Shown one piece after another: positions 14,171 to 28,499 of a DNA stretch of 64,000 nucleotides (position 1 is the first letter of the stretch; the number at the start of each line of letters is the position of its first letter). Source of the stretch: the human T2T-CHM13v2.0 reference genome, Homo sapiens. The stretch is taken from assembly GCF_009914755.1 (NCBI RefSeq), contig NC_060931.1. One strand, 5' to 3'. The position numbers and the translations under genes were made by a program. The notes beneath the pieces are model-generated. The model was not told where the DNA came from, ran no database searches, and saw only the letters and a program-made list of their open reading frames with translations.

Positions 14171-15429
14171 GGAGGTTCCTATTACAACAAATCTTTAGTC
14201 ATTTTCACTAACTTCATGAGTTAACATCTGATAATAGTTCATCAATGAACTCTTTCTTCCAATATTTAACACATTAAATCTGTAACTATAGGCACAGAAT
14301 TTTGCTCACCAATTTGAAATAAGATACACAGCTCTCACTCAATTATCATTCAAGAGGAAAACATCAAGGGTAAAATAACTCCGCATCTATGGTCTACAGT
14401 CCTGCTTTCGTCTAGGGAAGGTTAAAGAATGAAGACCAATTTAGGGGATATAAAATATTTGGGAAAGTCTTTGGACACCTATCCTTTGTACAAGGCCACT
14501 GGAACACTTTCTGAGCTCCCAAAGGAAAGAAGAGTCCACTCACACTAATATGTGGTGTAGAGATACGTCTAGCTGAGCGATGATATAAGAACATTTGTGT
14601 ATGATGGAATGATGTTGCAGCATTTATATCTACTCATCACTCTCTCTTAATCTTGATAGACTTGAACAATAGTAATTCCAAGGTAAGCCATATCATTTAG
14701 AATATTCCATTGTTAAACATACTTCAGAGGAAGTTATTAATTGATAATTAATTATTCTATTTTAATTTGGCCAAGAAAACCTATCATTTTGGCAACTGTA
14801 CTTTGAGACCATGCTTCACATGATATTTTTGTTTACACTCTACATCTGTGCCTGTGTGCAATAAATCAGGCTCAATAGTGTCTTTCCTGTCACATTCCAT
14901 CATGTCACACTAATAAAATTTGACATGCTCAGGGATGTGGCGATGAATAACCGTATGTGATGACACCTTGGGGAATGCTTAAAAATGATGCTCTGTGATG
15001 GTTTCAAAACCTTATGTATACTTCCAAGTTGTCTAAGTAACCTTAACTAAATACATTGTTCCAGCCATGAAAAGATCAATTTAGTTCTTTAGCACCAATG
15101 TCACTAAACGAAATTAACATTTAAGCTGATTAGTAATCACTAAATAACACAGGATCATAAAATAGAGTACACCTAATATTTCAAAAAAGCTCTACCATAT
15201 TTCATGTGAATGAGCAGACCAAAGCTGTAAGACACTGATAAGGAAAAACAAAGACATTTATCATAGGTTTAAAATAATAACCATTTGGGACTTTTGTGGT
15301 TGTTATTATCTTCTTTATTATTATATCTCCTAAAATAGTCATTATTTCTATAACTACTAATCTGGCTTCTGAACTAAATCCCCTCTTCATGCTAAGAACA
15401 TCATATCATCTAGTCTTTGTCAACATTCT

Positions 15430-15570
15430 GCGTCATTATTCCCATTTACTAGTTGACTAAACAGAGACTGAAGAAATGGAATTAACAAGCTGAAATTCAC
15501 ATAGCTGATAAGTAGCAGAATTAAAACTAGAATTCAGATATTTTGTGCTGTGTCCAAACACTGCAATTTC
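15430..15570 (-). mobile_element. MIR relic
   Basis: attattcccatttacta..cacatagctgataagtagcagaatt..attcagatatttt; approximate. Confidence 0.5.
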
Positions 15571-16160
15571 CAGATCCTTCCAGTCTCTTGTGCCCCTTGG
15601 AGCTGAACATTTTCCCAGGACACCATATCCTTGTGGGACTCCAACCACCTTTCCTGGAGAGATTGCCTTGTGGTTAGGATTCTCTTCACCAAGAGAAGAA
15701 GGGCTAGAGATCTCTATCTGAGAACTGAGAGCTGACTCCTACAACTGTGCAGAGAAACCTCCGCAGCCTGTGAAAGCACACTGGGCAAGCCTACTCTGAT
15801 TAGTAGCACATTATGATTTCTGAAGTAAAGCAGTCTCTAAAACCCAGCAGGATGCATCTAGAGGAAGTCCTCTTTACACTCTTCTTGAACTTATATATAC
15901 TAGATTTGGTGCTAAGCTTTGAAAATGAAGCCAACAGAACATTACCTATGTTACATGATCTCAATAGTCTACAGTTTTATATTAAAAACCACTTCCCCAT
16001 TGGAATAAACTAATCCACATGAAATAATGGCTTATGTAATATAAACTATTCCTGATTTTACTACTATTTAACTTGGAAGTGGTGAAAGTGGAATATATAC
16101 TGTAGACTATTGAGATCATGTCACCCAGGTAATGTTCTGTTGGCTTCATTTTATATGTAT

Positions 16161-16285
16161 CTTTTACAGAGATGGGGTTTCATTATGTTACCCAGACTGG
16201 TCTCAAAGTCCTGGGCTCAAGCGATCCTCCCACCTTAGCCTCCCAAAGTGCTGGAATTACAAGGCATGAACCACCACACCTGGCC
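16161..16285 (-). mobile_element. FLAM_C / free left Alu monomer
   Basis: Single monomer agagatggggtttcattatgttacccag..cctgggctcaagcgatcctccc..cacctggcc. Confidence 0.85.
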
Positions 16286-17192
16286 TTAATAGGCAAGTTT
16301 TTGTAAAGAATTTCTTGCTTTTTATGGAGAATTGGTAAAATATCCTAATATCTGGTTAAAGTTGACATTATATATTCCAGTTTGGATAAATATTATCAAA
16401 ACATTCACTCATATGTTTGTTATTTGTAATACTTTTTCTGATCTAGAAAATGCAATATCATAGTGATTTTTAGGGGTAGTTTCTGTAGCAATATGAGATA
16501 GTAAATTTTATCCACATTTATTATATATGATTTGTCATAAACAGCATGTTGATAATGATCTACACAGATAATGAATGAGTAATGTGATGAATAAGAGGAA
16601 CATATTTAGGATTTGTCATATGATATGTCATCTTTGAAAAGCTAATAATATTCTTCACTCTCTAGTTTAAGATTAGTATCTGTATATTTCAGTCTGTAGC
16701 ATGTGGACAACATCCCTTTTCAGGGGCGGGGGGAAGTCTTATTGAATGGGAATATAATTTGCTACAGCTGGTCACCATTTTTTAACAAGTATAGATACAC
16801 ATCTCCCTAGCCCACTTTCTTTTACTTTTTTTAAAAACATTCAATTCCCCAATGAGTTCTGAAGATTTATCATGATTTCATCTCATAAACAAATACAAAA
16901 CTTTAAATATTGGGATTGAAAATGACTATGAAGATACCATCTAACTGTGTAGTTTTTCCAAATGCATTTTATCTGTCTAACCAAAGTCAAATTCCTAAAT
17001 AGCTTTTGACCCAAAAATAGAATCTAGAAAAATATAGTTCATTTGTTGATTCAATGCAATGTAAGGTAGATCTGAAATAAAATTCCCAATTGTTTGGGAA
17101 AATAATCCTAATACTTCTCATTTACTAATACCTTTAATTTTGTTCCTAAAGTGAAACCACAGCTACCAGCAAAAGCATTTGTTGGGTTGAAC

Positions 17193-17661
17193 TTTTTTTT
17201 TTTAATAGGTTGGGCATCTTTTTATATTTATGGGCTTTAAATATTCTTTTATTATTATTATTATTATACTTTAAGTTTTAGGGTACATGTGCACAATGTG
17301 CAGGTTAGTTACATATGTATACATGTGCCATGCTGGTGCGCTGCACCCACTAACTCGTCATCTAGCATTAGGTATATCTCCCAATGCCATCCCTCCCCCC
17401 TCCCCCCACCCCACAACAGTCCCCAGAGTGTGATGTTCCCCTTCCTGTGTCCATGTGTTCTCATTGTTCAATTCCCACCTATGAATTCTCATATTCACTA
17501 TGAGTGAGAATATGTGGTGTTCGGTTTTTTGTTCTTCCGATAGTTTACTGAGAATGATGATTTCCAATTTCATCCATGTCCCTACAAAGGACATGAACTC
17601 ATCATTTTTTATGGCTGCATAGAATTCCATGGTGTATATGTGCCACATTTTCTTAATCCAG
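17193..17661 (-). mobile_element. 5'-truncated L1PA2-like LINE-1 3' end with a putative 3' transduction
   Basis: L1 body 17247-17661. Sense strand GCATTGGGAGATATACCTAATGCTAGATGACGAGTTAGTGGGTGCAGCGCACC has GAG rather than the L1HS-Ta ACA. ORF 17358-17648 is the ORF2 C-terminus. TSD gaactttt at 17189-17196 and 17661-17668. Confidence 0.9.
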
Positions 17662-17688
17662 AACTTTTATAGTTAAAGCCACAGATTT

Positions 17689-17893
17689 TTTTAGAAAGTT
17701 CTTAATCAAAATGGTAAAGATAAAGCCAAGTTTGGTATTGAGTAAACACATGGGAACATATTTTCAGTATTGTTTAAAGACATGATGGAGAGTGTTACCA
17801 GTAAGTAACATTATCATCAAGAATAATAAAAACCACGGATTTTGTACCTATTGTGTCCCTATGCCAACCACCAAAATAAGAGCTTCATGTAAA
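17689..17893 (+). repeat. Inverted duplicate, left copy (inserted copy)
   Basis: Reverse complement of 19109-19313 with 6 mismatches in 205 nt by manual alignment; flanked by direct repeat tttatagttaaagc (17666-17679, 17897-17910). Confidence 0.95.
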
Positions 17894-19108
17894 AGCTTTA
17901 TAGTTAAAGCTCAGTATTTTTTAACTTACAAGTTTTGTTTGTTGAATGTCACTTTTTGAATTGTGAAACCTTGTTTCTGTTATTCCTTTCTTCTTTTGAT
18001 TTTTTGGTGGGGGTGAGAAGTAAAGGGCTTAATTTATCAATTTTTTGCCTTCAGAACAGATAAATTATTAAAGAATCAGCCAAATGCAATGGCTTATTAT
18101 GTGTTTTATGAAAAATAGGAGAGTTAACTCTAATGTTTCCATTTCATTTAGTGTTATCTTTTTTTCCTTTGCTTATCTGTTTGATTTCTATCACTTCTGG
18201 GTTATCAGTAATAAGTCTAGTCAAAAGCAGTTATAACGGAAACAGCATTGGTCACTTTTAGCAAAAAAAAATGTATTTTTAATAATTTATGAATTTTCAA
18301 TGACTAAAGTTGAAGTGGATAGTAGAGCAGTGTGTTGAACCTATACCTGCTTCATAAACATTTTCTGCATAGATCTTCAGTTGAAAAGAGACAATAATTC
18401 TAAATGCAGGTGTCGTCCTTTAAATGAATTAGATCTATTTTCCTCTTCTCTCCCTTTCTTCTTATTTCCTTCCCCTTTTCATTTTTCTTCCTTTGTTTCT
18501 TTCTTCTTCCTCTCCTCCCTCCATTCCTTCCCACTAGATAGGTTGGCAAATATAAGCTGATATTTTTACGCAAGGGAATGACCATTTTTACATTTTGTTA
18601 GTTTGAAAGGATTTTTTTTTCTACACCTAAATTACTATCTCTCAAATAATGCTTCTTCAAGCATTCTTCAAGGGTTTTAAAATGTACCACCGAAAATACT
18701 CATTTTGTTATAAAATGAGCTTTGATAACACTACATATTCTACTATAGAATAACCTTATTAGCATGTAAGTGACTCCTAGAATTACTATATTAAGAAAAC
18801 CTGATCAAAAATACCCCTTTCTTGACTATTACCATCTTGTGAAGTGTCACAAGATGTCCTATGTGTCCAGGACAGTAATTTGAGAAACACTAAACTCAGC
18901 CAATTGTAGTTATACATCAGGACCCATATGTTCTCACAAGTGCCTTGTTTCTTTTTATTTTGAAAGAAACTATCGTGGAAAACTGGGGGGAAAGTCAGTA
19001 AATAAACTTAGGTGGATTGGTATTTTGTAAAGCAATCAAAATGCTAGACAATTCTGTGTCGGTTGCCATAGAATGAATGGTCAGCTCACAGGGAGAAGAA
19101 CTCAGGAG

Positions 19109-19313
19109 TTTACATGAAGCTCTTATTTTGATGGTTGGCACAGGGACACAATAGGTACAAAATCCGTGGTTTTTATTATTCTTGATGATAATGTTACTTA
19201 CTGATAACACTGTCCACCATGTCTTTAAACAATACTGAAAATATGTTCCCATGTGTTTACTCAATACCAAACTTAGCTTTATCTTTACCATTTTGATTAA
19301 GAACTTTCTAAAA
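19109..19313 (-). repeat. Inverted duplicate, right copy (likely donor)
   Basis: Pairs with 17689-17893; no flanking duplication seen. Confidence 0.95.
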
Positions 19314-19459
19314 TTTCTTCTTTCATGTTGTAATCATATAATTTGGATGTATTAGATACACAGCATAACATTATGTTGCTGTCTGAAGCATTAAAATAAT
19401 ATCTGTAAACTTTTAGATATCAGTACCATTGTCTCTAGGCTAAATAATGAGATTAAGGA

Positions 19460-19730
19460 TAATAATAGCACAAATGTATTTGGTGTTTTTTATTTGTCTT
19501 GCTCTATACCATATATTTTACATATGTTGTGTTATTTAATCCTCAGAACAGCCATATGAGGCACATGTCATTTCAAGGTATACATTTCTGTGTTACTTTA
19601 AAATATGAAGAAAATGTGATTCATTAAGAGATAATAACTTACCCATTATCACAAGGCTGTTGCGTAGAACTTTCGGGATTCAAATCTTGGTCTATCATAT
19701 TCAGAGCTGGTGTTCCAAACTGATTATTCT
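19460..19730 (-). mobile_element. MIR relic
   Basis: aataatagcac..tatttaatcctcagaacagccatatgagg..taacttacccattatcacaaggct..gggattcaaatcttggtct. Confidence 0.7.
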
Positions 19731-20841
19731 GCTTCATGCTACAACTGTATGGCTAAAAAAAGAAATCAATTTGACTTTTGTAGTGCTTTTCTGCCATTCT
19801 TACAGTCTGAAATTTTAAGCATAATTGGGGTATTACATTTACCACTCAGCTATCTCTGAATTTCAAGTGTTCTGCTGATGAGACATGAACTATACAGATG
19901 GTGATATGTCTGGGGTTTATACAAAAGATAGAGGATACACAAAGAATGACTTCAGAAGGTGATATATGCAAGCAGGTTAAATTGAATTGATGAATAAAAT
20001 GATAAAATTGTATTTCACAAAAAAGAAAAACATAAGAAAATTGCAAAGCAGAATGGGAGAAACCAAGAACAAATGAGAAAGCTTTTTTGGCACATTTGTC
20101 AAAAAATGTATATATGAATAATTTTTTGGAAGGCAGAATCCCTTAAGATAGGAGTTTTAGCATGTAACTTAAGGGAAGACATATGTGCAAACCCATGTCA
20201 TGCTAAAATTAATAAACACACTGTACGTAAAATTAAATGTCTTTATATACACAGTCTGTAAAGAACTCCTGCACTTCAAACGGAAGATTTGGTTTAAAGA
20301 GTGTGATTATGAAGTACTGTATCTAGTTTAGACTCCGGGAACCAGAATTAAAAGGCAACTTCAACTTGGTTCAACTTTTCTTAGGAACTAGGAAGTAAAA
20401 CAAGCCAAACATACAATTATGCTGTTAGATGCTTTCAGAAAAGAAATGAGAGAGTTTCTAAACAGAATCACTGCATCTCAATGTTGACCTATTGTATATC
20501 ATACCATGTGTTTGTTATCAGAATGTGTTTTGGGAAAGTTTTACAAAACATTTTAATTTATACCTTGAAAATGACATTTTATTTGTATATAAGTTTTATA
20601 TTACTGGTGGCTATTTTCTGTTAAAGAAATAATTTCAGAATGTCACCATATTTTCCACAATTGTGAAAAAGACTTTCTAGATTGGTGTCCTGTCCCCTGG
20701 CGTCCACAAATGCAATGCCTTCAAGTTAGACTGCTTAGTGTGCAATTATTTTATTGAATATTCATTTTTATGCATTGGGATTCCAACATAAAGTGAATTC
20801 CTGTGCTTCAAGAAAATATAGAACTTAATCACCAAGTTGTA

Positions 20842-22123
<1,282 letters not shown>

Positions 22124-22896
22124 TATTTTGAACAAAGCAACCAATTCTTGAAAAATGAAGTTGGAATATAAGCAGGGTGTACTTTCTATAACGCTTTTAA
22201 AGGATTGTGAACAATTGGGAAAATAGTTTCTAGAATTAATGATTTTTATAAGGAGAATAAAAGAAAAATACTGCAGTAAAAATGTCTTAGAGTTTGAACT
22301 CTGTGTATTCCAGCTCAGGTGAAACTGCAAATTATGGTAGCTATTATTAAACTAAGCTAAAATCTCAAACAGAAAAATGAGAGGTCCAAATGGTGATTGT
22401 TAAGTTATATAACTTGTCATAAAGTTCCTTATTATATAAGTAACCTCATCTTTTATTATATCTTAAATGGAAACTAAAGAAACCACAAAATAAGACCTTC
22501 TGTGGCAATAGCAGTAAAGCAAAATAATCATTAAAGCATAGATATGAAGATTTAATAATATCATACAATATCTATTTCAACAGAAATAGTACATTGTAGT
22601 TGACTTTAAGTACCAATAATATATATTTAAGCTTGTTTCTATTCAATGAAATGATTAGGGACACTAACTGTCTTGTTAGCAAAGAAAGCCTTATCCACAG
22701 AGAAAAGAAAATAACTATCCCAGTACTCTTTCTCAGAACGGGCATTTTTCTTCTGTATTTCTCTTTGTAGCCTTTATAGTATTTATAAACTGATTATCAT
22801 AAGCTTTTTCAGTAGTAACTCCTGTTAAGAAAACACAAATCAATGGTACTAAAATAACTTAAAGCTACATGAAGTCTTTTTAGTGTGTTTGTGCAT

Positions 22897-22952
22897 ATGT
22901 GTGTGTACTGTGTGTGTGTATATATATATATCTATATATGTAGATATATATA
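22897..22952. repeat. (TG)n/(TA)n compound microsatellite
   Basis: Visible directly. Confidence 0.85.
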
Positions 22953-23278
22953 CAAACTGTTCCACTGCATTATTTTAGCATATCTGTGAGCTAAACTGAA
23001 GGAGGGAAAAAGTAAAAGGATTCAGCTGTAGTTGTACTAAGATACTTAATTTTTATTTATTTTAGGTGTTTAAGAGCAAACTTTATATTTCTTGCTGTGT
23101 GCCTCAAAAGTCCTAATGGGCAATGAAAACCTTTCTAGCTAATGCTATTAGGACTTGTGGTCAGTTGGTTAGTAAAAAGTAACCCCTTAAAGCTTAAAGA
23201 AATTGTAAGATGATACACACAGAGCTAACCATTTTAACTTAAGACTATCCCTGAATCCCTTGTAGTAGAGCTGAATAC

Positions 23279-23301
23279 TTTTTTTTTTTTTTTTTTTTTT
23301 T
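23279..23301. repeat. T23 homopolymer
   Basis: 23 consecutive T; no adjacent SINE/LINE body recognised. Confidence 0.95.
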
Positions 23302-23441
23302 GCACGGGCCTGCTCATGCTCAAAGTGGAGTTGCACATTGTCTTTTCTTGCATAAAACATATCCTTATTCATCAACAATAACTACTAATTTGGGTTCTTC
23401 AAAGTACAGTGAGAACTTAATTGATACTTGTGAAGCTATAT

Positions 23442-24167
23442 TGTTACAGGCCAGTCTTTGTTCTTGGAGCTCCCAAGATGGGGGCGGGCCACTCCCAAGA
23501 TGGCAGGAAGCCTTTTGTTCTCTGACCTGGGGTTCTTGGCCTCACAGATTCCAAGGAATGGAACCTTGGGCCATGTGGTGAGTGTTATAGCTCTATTAGA
23601 AGCCATGGGTCAAAGAAGAGAACCGTGGAACCCAGTGACTAGTGTTCAGCTCAATCAGGACGAACCCGGGCACTTAGCCTTGCAGGAACAATTGCGAACC
23701 TTTAGCTGGATTGGGAGCACAGTGGACACCCTGCCCCATCCGGAGGAGTGAAAGTCAATGGCAGGTCTGTGATGGTGGGGAACAGCAGTGGTGGACAGTG
23801 AACGAAACCTCAGCTCGAGCTGGAACAAACACGGACCTGAACAGTGTACACTTGCAAGATTTAATAGAGTGAAAACAGAGCTCCCATAGGGGACCCAAGG
23901 GGGTTGCCACTCGCGGCTCGAATGCCTGAGATTTATATCCCAATCATTGTCCCTCCACCTGTGCTCTCAGGCAATATATGATTTGACTATTTCTTTACCT
24001 CCTGCTTTTAGCCTAATTTGTATTTTAGTGAGCCCTCTTTACTACCTGATTGGTCGGGTGTGAGCTGAGTTACAAGCCCTGTGTTTAAAGTTAGGTGTGG
24101 TCACCTTCCCCAGCTAGGCTTAGGAATTCTTAGTCGGCCTAGGAAATCCAGCTAGTCCTGTCTCTCA
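23442..24167 (-). mobile_element. Solo LTR17 (HERV-W LTR)
   Basis: Minus strand begins TGAGAGACAGGACTAGCTGGATTTCCTAGGCCGACTAAGAATTCCTAAGCCTAGCTGGGGAAGGTGACC, the HERV-W U3 start, and ends ...TAACA. 4-bp TSD atat/atag. CCAAT at 24049-24053, GATATAAA at 23932-23939, ATTAAA at 23860-23865 (all minus strand). Confidence 0.92.
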
Positions 24168-25850
24168 ATAGGAATGTAAAATCTTTCTAGATTTATACTA
24201 TTTCTTCAATAGTCTAAGGTCATTGTTCTCATACATAATTCGATAATATCTATTCCTGAGCCTTTCGAAAGCACTGAACCTAGTTTTCATAGAAATAGCT
24301 CTTTCATTTCAAAAATATTTTATCAGTAAAAAAATATTCAATTAACTTATATAATTAGAAGTAACAAGTATAACTGCCACAAACAGGTTGGGGAAGAAAT
24401 ATATATTCTTATAAGCATACAGGTTTGGATGGTGGGAAGTCAAGTGCTCAAGTGCCCAAGGATGGTATACCTGTCACCTCATCCGAGCTCTAGATACTAT
24501 GGTTTACAGAGAAATAAGAAGCTATTGGTAAGCCTGCAAGTCAGTTATTTAGTGATAAGTTAAGAGAGATTTTACTGAAAAATTTCGAAGGCCTTGGATA
24601 AAATAAGAAACCAACTTTTAATACACTTCAAATATACTTCAACATTCTGTTTGGACACTTAGACCCCAGACTGTGCAGATCTGTGGAATAGTTATTTAGA
24701 AGGCATGCATTTACTGATTTTAAAATGAAGTCACTAAACACTTTATTTTCTTTGATAAATTTTGTATGAAAACACATTTCAAGTTGAAATTGGGTATGAC
24801 CAGAAATCCAAAATTTTACTATTCATTTCAAAATAGGGAAAAATGGATATTTTATCTCATTTAGGCCACAGTGATACTTTAAGTTTTATGTCATGGCCCA
24901 AATTGATTTACCTAACCAATGAAAGTGTCAATCCATTGCCTTTGTAGATGCAGAAACTACGGCCTTGTTCTTTGCAATAGTAAACACAAATGACAAACTG
25001 CTTCTAGACCTCCCTGAGCATGGGTAAATCTTTGTTAATAAACCTATGAAATGTGAAAAAGTAAAGGTTTCTTTCTTTTAGTTTATATCTGGAGTGAGCT
25101 GGGAATATTGAAGTTGAGGGAGTTGTAGGGAGAAGTATTGGACAGTCTACCCCCTTCAGTAGAAGGATTTGTGAGTCTCCAGTAGAATCAAGCTTTGTAA
25201 CACAATCTCTTACTGAGGCTGAATTTTTTCTTGTTTTCTTGTTGCCTTTTATGTGCTTGTTTATTTGGTTTTCCCTGAGGTCCTTGCCTTGGTGGTAGGT
25301 TTGTAAAGAAAAAGTCACATAATCCCCATTATATTGTTTGAAGCAAAAGAGAACACTCAGCTCTGCTTCAACACTTTCTCCCCTACAGGTGCCACCACCA
25401 GCAGCACACTGCCAATGGGCTTTCCCAAGTTATCTCTGTTCTGCCTTCACACTTCGCAGATGGGTTTCCTCTGCTTCAACAATACTTTGCTCATTCAGAA
25501 ACCCAACCATTTTTTTACTCATCTTTCACCTCTCAGCCCCAAAACAAACATCTCCTGGCCTTGCATTATTTACCCAGAAAAATCTGGCATGATCAAATCC
25601 TGGGCTTATTCTTGGTAGGATTAACACTATGGAACAAAATGCACCAGGAAAAAAAGTGTTTATATGAATGACCAATAAGGCTGGTCTGCCTCTAGCCTTA
25701 ACTGAACTGTGGTTTCCGGTCAATTTATAACATGTGGTTATGGTGTGAATTTCTATTTAAAAATGCAACAACAGCAGTAATAAATTATTTGGGGTTCAAA
25801 GTATTCATTAGGGCATTTATGTCTATTACCTTATTTGTTCCTTGTAGTAA

Positions 25851-26326
<476 letters not shown>

Positions 26327-27549
26327 AGCTCCATATTTTTATAGATTAAGAGACTAGGGCTTTGGGGGATTAATTTGTTCAAATTCCAATAGCTAGTGTT
26401 GGCAAATGTGATCCGAGCCTGGATCATCTTATTTTGAAGTCTGAGATCTTAATCCTGAAAGACATTGCTGTCTCTAATTAATAATTGAGTTATTTTAGAC
26501 TTGGGGGAACTCTGAGATGCCAAACAATAGGATTTTGAAATCACAAAAGGATCTATTTGAAATATAGTCCCTGACACTTACAGAAATTGACTTGTTGTAT
26601 AATTGACCTAAAGTAAGGGGTGACTGGCAAAAGATGTCATGGTCTCATCAAACCCTGTAGCTGAAAGGGCACTTTGAGTTCATGGCACTATATAATAAAA
26701 TCAGACAAAGGAAGGAAGCATAATAAGTTGTGAACTAGTAACTATGACACTCAGAGACCAATTGAAGAAACAGAGAACATTCTAGAATATCTGGATGAGG
26801 ATTTAGAATATGTCATTTGATTTGTAAAATATGACTTTTTGACAACATTCAAGAGAATAGTTCAAGCAAAAGATGGAAGAGGGCACCAGTTTGCAGTAGT
26901 AAAAGAGTAAATGGGAAGTGAGAAAATGACAGCAGTTAGTATAATCTACCTTTCAAAATGTTTAGCAAGATATCCTAGTTAAGCAATTCAGTTAAGCAAA
27001 AATGTTGAGAGTGATTGTGGCTATGTCGGTCAAGTTAATCTATACACAGGAGGTCATTTACCATACTCCTTGTTGATTCTTCTCGCCTATGAAATTATTT
27101 TCTTTTGCCTTGTCAAGTGTTTTACTAACTGTACAGCCACTTTTTCTCCTTCCTGAATACAGTAAACTAAAAATTTCTTTCTGACATGTTTTATAGCAAT
27201 GTAACAAATTTAATGTTCTTAATATACCCTTGTAGAACTTGAAAATTGAAATATAGGTATTTATAAATAACCAGAGTTTATTATGGTTAAGCAAAATTCA
27301 GGGAATTGTATCTCACTTATAATTTGAAATTTAAATCATTTGAATCTTCGTTTTCTCCATCTCATTTTGAAGTAATAAAACATGATCTTAGCTTTGGAAT
27401 TGGTCTTTGACTAGAATAAAAATTTAAGTAAACATTTTGATCCACTAGTAGTGTATATTTCATTCTCACCTCCCTCAAAAGGAATAAACTTTAATAAGTA
27501 GAGCTAATTATATCACAGTGCTTGGTGAAAACGCATTCAACAGAAGGTA

Positions 27550-27750
27550 AGGAGTATAGTATGTCTAGTGGTACCAAAGAAAACCAGGGCTTTGAGAGAC
27601 GATAATTCAAGGCAATGATTACAATTTGAGGCTGCTGCATGGGCCCTCCTGGGGTATGAATTAATCCTTTGAACCTTTCTGTTTCACATTATTTAACAAA
27701 GGACCTAAAATTAATGGTAATACCTCTTTGACTCAAAAAGTTAATCCCTG
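27550..27750 (+). mobile_element. MIR relic
   Basis: gtatagtatgtctagtggt..cagggctttgag..gaacctttctgtttcac; approximate. Confidence 0.5.
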
Positions 27751-28014
27751 ACTATGTGAAACATGTGTCTGGCTCTCCTTATAAAGTTAGATTCAACATT
27801 ATGAGCTTTTATTATTTTATAATCCAGCCTACACCATTCCACAATAAGTTCCTCTCTTCTCTGTATTTATTAATTGTTATAGAGGTAGCTGTTTTTTTAT
27901 ATTTACCTGAATTTTAATATTTGAGTAATTTAAATAAGTTAAATTATTTTAGATTTTAGAATATCACATAAGTATGAAAATAATTATGTTAAATCTATAC
28001 ATCAAATATTTAAT

Positions 28015-28496
28015 AAAGCTGATCCTATGTGTACCCTATGACTCAGCAATCCCACTTTAGAAAACAAGTTAAAGAATATTTATTGCAGTTTTGTTCAATT
28101 TAGTTTCAAACTAGAATTAACCTGAATGTGCTTCAAGAATGAAATGGATAAATAAATAGTGCTATATTTCTAAAATAGAATACTGTATCAGAGTGAAATG
28201 AATAAAATATTGTCACAGGCGGTCATATGAATGGCTCTGAAAACCATAAATGTGAGCAAAAGAAACCAGACACATATGCTGATGAATCCACCTGTTATCT
28301 GTCTTCTGTCTATCCATCCATTTATCATCCATCCATTTATCCATCCATCCATCCATCCATCATCTAGCTGTATATCTAATCAACACAAGCAAAATTGGCC
28401 TATAGTGGGATGAAAAGTTAGAGTAGTGATTCTTATGATGAAAAGGGACTGTGACACAGCATGATGGATATTACAGAACTCTAACAATATTCTATT
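28015..28496 (+). mobile_element. L1ME-type 3' fragment (left part; resumes at 36377-36490); contains (TCCA)n at ~28310-28362
   Basis: ccctatgactcagcaatcccact..aatggataaataaatagtg..gagcaaaagaaaccagacaca; the continuation after the L1MA reads gttctattgatcgggttgctgg..cttatgatttg..aataaaa. Confidence 0.7.
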
Positions 28497-28499
28497 TAT

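Noticed and set aside
23279-24167. LTR17 + 140 bp + A23 as an L1-mobilised HERV-W processed copy
   Set aside because: The LTR has complete U3-R-U5 and its own 4-bp TSD. I found no second copy of the sequence flanking the T-run and no canonical poly(A) signal near it. T23 is treated as an orphan homopolymer.
25334-25618. Strong-looking acceptor ttctcccctacag/G (25388) and 94-aa ORF
   Set aside because: No good downstream donor or protein similarity recognised.
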